64,000 nucleotides of DNA from an uncultured Clostridia bacterium (GTDB lineage: Bacteria > Bacillota > Clostridia > Christensenellales > UBA1242): positions 57,336-121,335 of the forward strand of contig CALBOE010000006.1 of NCBI GenBank assembly GCA_937896905.1, in the 5' to 3' direction. The position numbers and the translations under genes were made by a program. Below, in pieces: positions 19,201 through 26,431 of the stretch (position 1 is the stretch's first letter; each line of letters starts with the position of its first letter). A model generated the notes under the pieces. The model did not search any database. It worked only from the letters and a program-made list of their open reading frames with translations, and was not told the origin of the DNA.

Positions 19201-19882
19201 CCTTATCCAATGTGTTAACAATGAATGGGTGATTTGCAAAAATATCCAACAATTCTTCGTTGGTGTAGCCAAAGCATTTGAAAAGAACACCCAAACTCAT
19301 TTTGAATTTGCGTTCAACAATAACACGCATGCTGTCGCCTGTTACTTGTTCTGTTTGAACCCACATTCCATAGCTTGGTTGGATTGCACCAGTGTAGTCC
19401 ATGCGGCCATACTTGTTAAGTTCGCCACCAAAAATTGCGCCTGGTGCTTTAATTAGTTGATTCAAAACAACCCTTTCAACACCATTGCAAATAAAGCCAC
19501 CGTCTTGGCTCATATATGGAATGTCGCCCATGAATACTTCTTGGTCCATAATTTGCCCGGTTTCTTTAACAAGCAAACGAACTTTCACTTTAAGCGGAAC
19601 TGTGTAGCTTGTTTGTTTGGTTTTGCATTCTGCCCAAGAATATTTTGGGGTTCTGTCGATAGAATAACCCAAAAAAGACAACTCTGCTTTGTTAGAGTAG
19701 TCTATAATAGGGTTATATTCGTTCAAAATTTCGCCAATATCCTCGGTTAAAAACTTTTCGTAGGACTTTTTTGGAACTTCCAAAAGGTCTGGCATTGGAT
19801 AGTTGCCGCCCTTTTTGGCAAAACTATATCTTTCTGCTTTGCCTTGTTTTAGTTTTTTAATGTTGAGCTCATTTGAATTCAT
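16211..19882 (-). CDS. rpoB: DNA-directed RNA polymerase subunit beta
   Basis: 1223 aa with conserved beta-subunit blocks ([37 protein letters not shown]). Confidence 0.98.
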   Translation of the reverse strand: [1223 protein letters not shown]

Positions 19883-19977
19883 TAATTAACTCCTTATTCA
19901 GTTGTATTGTTCACCACAAGTTATACATAGTATAAAACTGCCAACTTGCCTATGGCGAACATTATTCATACTGCACG

Positions 19978-20006
19978 ATTTTAACACATTGAACAAGTTA
20001 TGTCAA
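19978..20006 (-). promoter_or_regulatory. Promoter of rpoB-rpoC
   Basis: Minus strand: TTGACA (20006-20001), 17-nt spacer, TAAAAT (19983-19978). The leader to the rpoB AGGAG RBS is ~90 nt. Confidence 0.65.
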
Positions 20007-20174
20007 TAGATTTAACGAAAGATTTTTAACGATTTTTAAAAAAAATTATTGCCTATTTAATAAAATTAAATAACCATTTTGCCACCAAAAATTCCCAACA
20101 GGAACAATTTTTACTCAAAAAAGGACGGATTATCCGCCCCTTTTTGCATTAAACCACTTTTTGTAAATTAGATT

Positions 20175-20390
20175 TTAGCAATTAAAATCTTTTTTGTCTC
20201 TGCCGCAGCCACAACCACAGCCACAAATTAACAATAAAATGATAATTAGTAAGCATGGGTCAATTTTGCAGCCACAGTTGCATAGTAACAAGATTAAAAC
20301 AATTAACCAAGTGCAGTCGTTGCAACCATTTCCGCCCCAGTTGCCACCATCGTGACCACAGTCGTTGCCTCCAAAAAATTTGTTAAACAT
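20175..20390 (-). CDS. Small Cys/Gly-rich hydrophobic protein (YjcZ-like?)
   Basis: 71 aa with 14 Cys. Two hydrophobic helices (WLIVLILLLC, CLLIIILLLIC) flanked by GGN/CGCGCG tracts. Strong AAGGAGGA RBS. Terminator at ~20117-20140. Confidence 0.6.
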   Translation of the reverse strand: MFNKFFGGNDCGHDGGNWGGNGCNDCTWLIVLILLLCNCGCKIDPCLLIIILLLICGCGCGCGRDKKDFNC

Positions 20391-20522
20391 TTTTCCTCCT
20401 TAAAGTGTTTCGTTATGTACTACAAAAGTTTTAATCTTTAGTGCTTAAAATTTCTTTTGTATAATACATATTACGCAAAATAAAAAAAAGTGTTACCTAA
20501 GTTAGATAGCACTTTTTTGTTT

Positions 20523-21605
20523 TTAATATGCAAATTCATTTAGTTTTTGCTTAATCATTTGTTTAAGCTGAACAATGTTTTTGTTGCTTTTTGCAGCAAC
20601 ATAGCAGGTGTCGTATGGGTAGGACTTTAATTTTTGAATGTCGGCGTTTGTTAGTTTATCCACCTTATTATAAACCAAAATAACCCTGTTAGGATCTATT
20701 GCCAACCTTGAAAACTCTCTTTCAACCACTTCAATTTGTTCATATTTATGTTCGTCGCTAGCATCAACCACCATAAGAAGAACATTAGAATCCAGCGTTT
20801 CTTCCAAAGTTGCCGAAAACGCATACATAAGTTCGTGCGGAAGATTGCTAACAAAGCCAACTGTGTCTATAAGCACATACTCAGTTCCATCGTCCCAAAC
20901 CTTTTTTGTTAAAACATCTAGCGTTGCAAACAACCTATCGTCCGCATACGTTCCGGCTTTTGCAATTGTGTTCATTAATGTGGATTTTCCAGCATTTGTG
21001 TAGCCCACCAAGGCAACGCTTTTCATTTTGCTTAACCTTTGTTTTCGTGTGGTTTGGCGGTGGCGCTGAATGTCTTTAATTTCCTTTTCTAACCTTGCAA
21101 TGTCTTCTTGCACTTTTCTTCTATCCAACTCTAATTTAGTTTCACCTGCTCCCCTCATTCCAACGCCCGTGCTGGCACGCTCGTTGTTCATATTCAAACT
21201 TGCAAGCCTTGGCAAACTATATTTAAGTTGCGCTAGTTGCACTTGAAGTTTTCCCTCTCCAGATTTTGCCCTGCCTGCAAAAATGTCTAGTATAAGCATG
21301 GTGCGGTCTATGGTTTTAACGCCTATAATTTCGTTTAAATTCCTTAATTGAGAGCCGGTTAAAGGGCAATCGAAAATAACAACATCTGCGCCCAAACGTG
21401 CAACTTCGTCCCTAATTTCTTCCGCCTTGCCAATGCCCATATATAATCTTGCATTAATTTCTTTTAACTGAAAAAGATTGCACTTAACAATTTCTAGCAG
21501 TGCCGATTCGGTTAAAAGTTCTAATTCTTTAGTTTTGTAGTCCGCCCCAATTAAGGTTGTGTATGGGCAAACTAAATACGCCTTTTCTTTTATAACTTCT
21601 TGCAT
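20523..21605 (-). CDS. hflX: GTPase HflX
   Basis: HflX N-domain (GKLQVQLAQLKYSLPRL) and G1 motif GYTNAGKST; DTVGF G3 motif. Confidence 0.9.
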   Translation of the reverse strand: MQEVIKEKAYLVCPYTTLIGADYKTKELELLTESALLEIVKCNLFQLKEINARLYMGIGKAEEIRDEVARLGADVVIFDCPLTGSQLRNLNEIIGVKTIDRTMLILDIFAGRAKSGEGKLQVQLAQLKYSLPRLASLNMNNERASTGVGMRGAGETKLELDRRKVQEDIARLEKEIKDIQRHRQTTRKQRLSKMKSVALVGYTNAGKSTLMNTIAKAGTYADDRLFATLDVLTKKVWDDGTEYVLIDTVGFVSNLPHELMYAFSATLEETLDSNVLLMVVDASDEHKYEQIEVVEREFSRLAIDPNRVILVYNKVDKLTNADIQKLKSYPYDTCYVAAKSNKNIVQLKQMIKQKLNEFAY

Positions 21606-21640
21606 AAGGATATTTTACTTCAAATCCTTTAATTTGTCAA
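21606..21640 (-). promoter_or_regulatory. Promoter placing the transcription start at the hflX ATG (leaderless layout)
   Basis: TTGACA (21640-21635), 17-nt spacer, TAAAAT (21617-21612), 6 nt, ATG at 21605. No SD sequence. Confidence 0.6.
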
Positions 21641-21650
21641 AGAAAAACCA

Positions 21651-21685
21651 TTGCAAAAAAAATCGTTCTTTGCTATACTTTGATT
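21651..21685 (+). promoter_or_regulatory. Promoter placing the transcription start at the MBL-hydrolase ATG (leaderless layout)
   Basis: TTGCAA (21651-21656), 17-nt spacer, TATACT (21674-21679), 6 nt, ATG at 21686. Confidence 0.6.
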
Positions 21686-22483
21686 ATGCGTGTGTGTAAT
21701 TTGGCAAGTGGAAGCAGCGGCAACTGCACCTATATAGAAACTGAACAAGCAAAAATTTTAATAGATAACGGCAAGCCGCTATCTTATGTTTTTAATGCGC
21801 TAAACGAACTTAATGTTGCACCCGAAATGATTGACGCCATACTAATCACCCACGAACATAGCGACCATATTAAAGGTATTCAAAAGTTTGCCAAAACCTA
21901 TAATACAAAGGTTTATGCGCACACCGAACTTAGCGAAGTTGTGCAAAATCAAATACACATTCCAAGCGAAAATTTTGTGTTTTTTAATAGCGACTTTGAA
22001 CTTAACGGGCTTAAAATTCAACCTTTTGTGCTTCCGCACGATAGCCGCCACTGTGTGGGATATAGAGTTAGCGAAGGCGACGCCGTGGTTTCCATTTGCA
22101 CCGACTTGGGGCATTTTAGCGAACAAACGTATCAAGCAATAAAATCTAGCGCACTTGTGTTTTTAGAAGCGAACTACGACCCCGAACTGCTTATGAGCTA
22201 CCCTGGTTACCCTATATTTTTAAAAAGACGAATTAATGGGCAAAATGGGCATTTATGCAACCTAGATTGTGCCAAAGCAATAGAACAACTTGCAAATTCC
22301 GGCACAAGATTGGTGGTTTTAAGCCACATAAGCGAACACAGCAACACAACAAGCCTTGCCGTTTCCACCATTGCAAACTACTTAACCAGCAAAAATATAG
22401 TTCCAAATGTTAACATTAAGTTAGACATAGCCCATCACGAAAAACGCGGAACAATTTTTAGAATTAACCCAACAAAAAACTAG
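21686..22483 (+). CDS. MBL-fold metallo-hydrolase (YycJ-like)
   Basis: HEHSDH metal-binding motif and the N-terminal LASGSSGNCTYIE pattern. ATG 21686 preferred over the track TTG at 21680. Confidence 0.85.
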   Translation: MRVCNLASGSSGNCTYIETEQAKILIDNGKPLSYVFNALNELNVAPEMIDAILITHEHSDHIKGIQKFAKTYNTKVYAHTELSEVVQNQIHIPSENFVFFNSDFELNGLKIQPFVLPHDSRHCVGYRVSEGDAVVSICTDLGHFSEQTYQAIKSSALVFLEANYDPELLMSYPGYPIFLKRRINGQNGHLCNLDCAKAIEQLANSGTRLVVLSHISEHSNTTSLAVSTIANYLTSKNIVPNVNIKLDIAHHEKRGTIFRINPTKN

Positions 22484-22491
22484 CAAAATTG

Positions 22492-23292
22492 CTAGTTTTT
22501 TTCTTTGTTCTTTTTCCTAAAAATGGTGTTTAAACTTTGCTTCAACTTTGTTTTTGCTTTTTGCAACCTTTCGTTGTGCTTTTCCTCAAATTGCGCTTTT
22601 CTGTCCTCTTTTAATTTTTCTTTTTCATCCTTGTAACATTCCACTAATTGTTTAATTTCTTCTTTTATTTCAAGTTCTTGCATTTCTTGTTTAGATAGTT
22701 CAACTTTGTCAACCGAATTGTCAACTCCGCTAATTTTATTTGCTAATTTCTCAAAAGGTTTTGCAACAGCTTCCATGATTTTTGCTTTTGCAAGCCCCTT
22801 TTTGTCTGGTTCAAAAAATGGTTTAATAGGTTCAACGTCCATATTTATGGCAACGCAAATTTTGTTGTAGTAACTTTTAACAAGTTTCTCCACAAAAATA
22901 AGCACAATTTTAAACAAGACAGAAATAAACGAAAATACCATTAAAACAACGCCCAAAGCAGTTCCGCCAAATATTGCAAATTCCACAATCTTAATTATAA
23001 GCATTGCAAATTTGTCTAGGTCGGCACAATATTTAAACACCTTTTTGGTGGTTTTAACTTTGCCACTTTTTCGCTTTTTATATGAGGTGACATTAAAAAT
23101 CAAACTTGCAAACGACAATGCGGTTAAAATAATATATGGAATTAATAGCGACAAATGGTTTAAATTGGTACAAATTGAATATCCATATAACACTAAAAAC
23201 AACGCTTGAACAACAACGCTTACCCCCAAAATTGCCTTTTTAATGTCCTTAATTATGGCATCGCCAACTGCCAAAGTATTTTGAAATAACAT
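22492..23292 (-). CDS. Hypothetical membrane protein with Lys/Glu-rich coiled-coil C-terminus
   Basis: ATG 23292 preceded by an AGGAGAAAAAGA RBS; the track TTG at 23343 lies upstream of the predicted promoter. Several TM helices followed by a charged tail. Confidence 0.65.
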   Translation of the reverse strand: MLFQNTLAVGDAIIKDIKKAILGVSVVVQALFLVLYGYSICTNLNHLSLLIPYIILTALSFASLIFNVTSYKKRKSGKVKTTKKVFKYCADLDKFAMLIIKIVEFAIFGGTALGVVLMVFSFISVLFKIVLIFVEKLVKSYYNKICVAINMDVEPIKPFFEPDKKGLAKAKIMEAVAKPFEKLANKISGVDNSVDKVELSKQEMQELEIKEEIKQLVECYKDEKEKLKEDRKAQFEEKHNERLQKAKTKLKQSLNTIFRKKNKEKN

Positions 23293-23311
23293 TCTTTTTC
23301 TCCTTACGCAA

Positions 23312-23339
23312 ATAATATCACCCCCCCCCTCAATGTCAA
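23312..23339 (-). promoter_or_regulatory. Promoter with a G9 homopolymer inside the -35/-10 spacer
   Basis: Minus strand: TTGACA (23339-23334), 16-nt spacer ttgaGGGGGGGGGtga (the C9 run on the plus strand is 23321-23329), TATTAT (23317-23312). Confidence 0.6.
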
Positions 23340-23524
23340 GCAAATTTATGTTTTTTGTTTAAATTTGGGGCTTTGTGTTCAAAGGTGATATTTTATTGTG
23401 AATTATAATATAACAAAAGCAATTTGTCAAATTTGCGTTTTTTGTGATTAATTAAAAAAATGTTTGCAAAATTTAATAAATGTGTTAATATGAACATAAC
23501 AAGCAGTAATGCAAAGGAGTTTTT

Positions 23525-24427
23525 ATGGAATTAGTTATTATGGCTGCTGGAATGGGCAGCAGATTTGGTGGACTTAAACAAGTTGAGCCAATGAACGAAG
23601 ATGGCGAATTTATTATTGACTATTCGGTTTTTGATGCAATTCGTTGCGGTTTTACCAAAATAATTTTCATTATTAAGGAAGAAAACTACGACTTATTTAG
23701 GGAAACCGTTGGAAAACGCATAGAAGATAAAATTGAAGTTGAGTATGTTTTCCAAAAATTAACCAACATTCCAAAAGGTTTTAGTGTGCCAGAAGGAAGA
23801 GAAAAACCTTGGGGAACGGCACACGCAATTCTAGAATGTGCAAATGTTGTTAAGGACGATTTTATAATTATTAATGCAGACGACTTTTACGGTTACGACG
23901 CCTTTAAACAAGCAGCCAACTTCCTAAAAAATAAGAAAAAATCAAGCAACAACTATGCAGTTATTGCCTACGCGTGCCAAAATACAATAAGCGACAATGG
24001 CTCTACAAAACGTGGCGTGTGCACAGTTAAAAACGGAGTTCTAACCAACCTTGAAGAAAGTGTTGTGGAAAAGAAAAATGGCAAAATTTATGCCACTCCG
24101 CTAGATACAACCAACACACGTGAAATTGACCCTAACACCCTTGTTTCTATGAATATGTTGTGCTTTAGCCCAAAACTTTTTGATTATTTAAAAGAGCAAT
24201 TCCCAATTTTCTTAGAACAAAACTTAAAAACCAACCCAATGAAATGCGAATTTTTAATTCCTAACATACTTGCAGAAATGATAGAAAAAAATTTAATAAC
24301 CGTTTCTGTGGAAAGCACCAGTGCAAAATGGTATGGCGTAACCTATAAAGAAGATAAACCTATGGTTGTTAAGGCTCTTAAAGATATGGCAAAAGCAGGC
24401 GAATACCCTGCTCACCTTTGGGCATAA
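23525..24427 (+). CDS. Sugar-phosphate nucleotidyltransferase family protein
   Basis: N-terminal MAAGMGSRFGGLKQ matches the G-x-G-x-R NTP-transferase signature. 300 aa. AAAGGAG RBS. Confidence 0.8.
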   Translation: MELVIMAAGMGSRFGGLKQVEPMNEDGEFIIDYSVFDAIRCGFTKIIFIIKEENYDLFRETVGKRIEDKIEVEYVFQKLTNIPKGFSVPEGREKPWGTAHAILECANVVKDDFIIINADDFYGYDAFKQAANFLKNKKKSSNNYAVIAYACQNTISDNGSTKRGVCTVKNGVLTNLEESVVEKKNGKIYATPLDTTNTREIDPNTLVSMNMLCFSPKLFDYLKEQFPIFLEQNLKTNPMKCEFLIPNILAEMIEKNLITVSVESTSAKWYGVTYKEDKPMVVKALKDMAKAGEYPAHLWA

Positions 24428-24511
24428 AATGGCAACAAATAAAAATCTATAACGCAAAAAGGAAGAAATTTAGATTCTTCCTTTTTTCTTGTTTTTTAAG
24501 GTTATTTCAGT

Positions 24512-25102
24512 TTAGAACAAACTGAAATCAATTCGATAATATCCTTGCCCCATACGGCAAAGCGGGCAGGTTTTTGGTGCGCACTTATCTTTAATAATTG
24601 TTCCGCACTCATCACACTTAAATGCAACTTCGCCATCTTTGCATTTATATAGGCAGTTGCAACTTAAACCTGCGTGTAATTTTTCTAGCGTGCGTTGATG
24701 TGTTATTTCAACTTTGGCAATAAGGTCGAACAAATCTGCCACATCGTTAAACCCTTCGTCCCGTGCAATGTTGGCAAAAGTTGGATAAATTGTTTCGCCG
24801 CTAGATTTTTCATTTTCCGCTTCTAATTTAAGCACTTCACACACATCGCCGCTTTTAAAAGGGTAACCTGCACAAATTTCAATGTTCTGCGTTTGATTTC
24901 CACCCAATTCCACAATTTTATTAAAAAACTGTTCGGCGTGAGCCATTTCGTTATGCGCTAAGGTTCTAATTAACATACTCATATATTGATAACCTTGCTG
25001 TTGTGCCATTTTTGCTAAAAACTGATACCTTGCCCCTTCCTGACATTCGGCAGCAAAACTTCTTGCCAAATTTTCCTTTGTTTTACTCTCTTGAAAATTC
25101 AT
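24512..25102 (-). CDS. rbr: Rubrerythrin
   Basis: Ferritin-like diiron helices (ENLARSFAAECQEGARYQF, HNEMAHAEQF) plus a C-terminal rubredoxin-type CxxC...CxxC (CDECG...CPLC). ATG 25102 with a GGAGGA RBS; the track start at 25183 is an extension. Confidence 0.9.
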   Translation of the reverse strand: MNFQESKTKENLARSFAAECQEGARYQFLAKMAQQQGYQYMSMLIRTLAHNEMAHAEQFFNKIVELGGNQTQNIEICAGYPFKSGDVCEVLKLEAENEKSSGETIYPTFANIARDEGFNDVADLFDLIAKVEITHQRTLEKLHAGLSCNCLYKCKDGEVAFKCDECGTIIKDKCAPKTCPLCRMGQGYYRIDFSLF

Positions 25103-25203
25103 ATTTCCTCCTAACAAATATTTTTGCCAGAAAGAAGAATTTAATTCACAACCGAAACGTAAAAACAAAAAAAATCGCAGCATGCGAGTTTTTTATCTTT
25201 GTT

Positions 25204-25280
25204 TGGTGGAGAATATCGGGCTCGAACCGATGACCTCCTGCTTGCAAGGCAGGCGCTCTAGCCAACTGAGCTAATCCCCC
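25204..25280 (-). tRNA. tRNA-Ala (UGC)
   Basis: 77-nt cloverleaf. Anticodon loop cuUGCaa. G3:U70 identity pair. CCA encoded. Confidence 0.9.
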
Positions 25281-25300
25281 ATATTTTGAAAGTTAAGTTT

Positions 25301-25366
25301 TGGTAGAGATGAGTAACTACCACGACGCCCACTTAAACTGAAAGGTGTGCGCCGGTGTTGCATCTC
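25301..25366 (-). pseudogene. Decayed, internally deleted tRNA-Ile copy abutting the intact gene
   Basis: gagatg...gcacacctttcagtttaagtgggcgtcgtggtagttactcatctctacca aligns with the tRNA-Ile acceptor, anticodon-arm and 3' regions but lacks the D-arm and T-loop. Confidence 0.45.
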
Positions 25367-25443
25367 TGGTAGAGATGAGTGGACTCGAACCACCGACCCC
25401 CACCTTATCAGGGTGGTGCTCTAACCTGCTGAGCTACATCTCT
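25367..25443 (-). tRNA. tRNA-Ile (GAU)
   Basis: 77-nt cloverleaf. Anticodon loop cuGAUaa. A1:U72 acceptor pair. CCA encoded. Confidence 0.9.
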
Positions 25444-25570
25444 ATATTAAGTTTGCATTTTAATGTGCATGCATTTTAACTCACCCAGATAAGGTGGGAA
25501 CCCACTTATAAGGCAATCGCAAGCGATTTTGCCTTGGCGTTCGCAAGAAGTTTCACAACTTGCTCGGCTA

Positions 25571-25608
25571 CAGGGTGGTGCTCTAACCTGCTGAGCTACA
25601 TCTCTATA
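25571..25608 (-). repeat. Perfect 38-nt copy of the tRNA-Ile 5' half (positions 1 to ~34), truncated in the anticodon loop
   Basis: Identical to 25409-25446. Sits directly downstream of the strong promoter at 25635-25663. Confidence 0.85.
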
Positions 25609-25634
25609 TCGCACATTTGCACAAATGCAATCTT

Positions 25635-25663
25635 ATATTAGCAAGTTAAAAAATATTTGTCAA
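25635..25663 (-). promoter_or_regulatory. Promoter of the tRNA-Ile/Ala cluster
   Basis: Minus strand: TTGACA (25663-25658), 17-nt spacer, TAATAT (25640-25635). Confidence 0.75.
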
Positions 25664-25707
25664 TAAATTTTTAAAACTTTTTGAATTTTTTTGAAAAATT
25701 TTTAATT

Positions 25708-26013
25708 TTATAAACCAGGGTTAAATTCGCCACCGGTTAATTTATAATATAAGTGGCCACATTTTGCCTTTGCATCATTGTAACATACATCTGCTTTAGC
25801 ATAGTTTTGTTTAAATATTGGCAAGTTGCAAAAACGTGGAATTAACATTGTGCGCCTTGCTTGGGCATAATCTTTGGTTGCACCCAAGTAGTAATAGTAT
25901 GCGTCAGTTTCTCTGCCCCACTTTTCGGCTTCTCTTCCAAGTTGCATATTCTCGTTGCCACTTATAATATATTTTGTAAATTCATTCAAATAACTTTCTT
26001 GCGATTTTTTCAT
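25708..26013 (-). CDS. Hypothetical small helical protein (101 aa), paralog of the upstream gene
   Basis: Shares the pattern LGR..E..W.E..YY...Y..A...NL...A..Y..AK..YY with the 94-aa neighbour. 12-nt intergenic gap. Confidence 0.55.
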   Translation of the reverse strand: MKKSQESYLNEFTKYIISGNENMQLGREAEKWGRETDAYYYYLGATKDYAQARRTMLIPRFCNLPIFKQNYAKADVCYNDAKAKCGHLYYKLTGGEFNPGL

Positions 26014-26025
26014 AATTTATATCTT

Positions 26026-26310
26026 TTATAAGAAACGACTACAGTGGGCATCAAGCGCACGGTAGTAAGCACTCTTCGCCCTTTTGTATGACACCTGCGC
26101 ATCTTCAAGCAAATCCTTGTTAAGATTGTGAATTTTGCAAGTTTGAATAGCCTTCAAATACCAATCTATGGCCGTAGAATAATAAAACCCTGCCTCCTGC
26201 CAACATTTCGCCGTTTCACTTTGCCTACCCAATAATACCTGGTCTAGTGCTTTGTGAACGCATTCTTTATAAATTAATTCGGCTTTTTTTTGCAACTCTT
26301 TATTTTCCAT
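26026..26310 (-). CDS. Hypothetical small helical protein (94 aa)
   Basis: AAGGAG RBS and a TTAACA-17-TAAATT promoter upstream. Confidence 0.55.
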   Translation of the reverse strand: MENKELQKKAELIYKECVHKALDQVLLGRQSETAKCWQEAGFYYSTAIDWYLKAIQTCKIHNLNKDLLEDAQVSYKRAKSAYYRALDAHCSRFL

Positions 26311-26431
26311 AACAACTCCTTAATGAATAATCGTAATTTATCACGCTAAATAAAATTTGTTAATAGCCCATCATTTAAAAAGCACTATTAAAACACAAAA
26401 AACACCAAGTGAATGGTGTTTTTGTTTAATT

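Noticed and set aside
12331-19882. Numerous 60-130-aa antisense or out-of-frame ORFs inside rpoC and rpoB, for example 18773-19174, 13298-13576 and 19457-19750.
   Set aside because: They are fully nested in highly conserved essential genes, have no start signals, and their composition is typical of antisense frames. The same reasoning applies to nested ORFs inside secA, addAB, leuS, dnaX, the adhesin gene and the giant terminal gene.
25444-25570. Group I or other intron splitting a tRNA-Ile gene, with the 5' half at 25608-25571 and the 3' half further downstream.
   Set aside because: The intervening sequence is too short and lacks P-helix organisation. A complete tRNA-Ile sits inside the putative intron, and the far 3' fragment is degenerate. 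Partial duplication explains the layout better.
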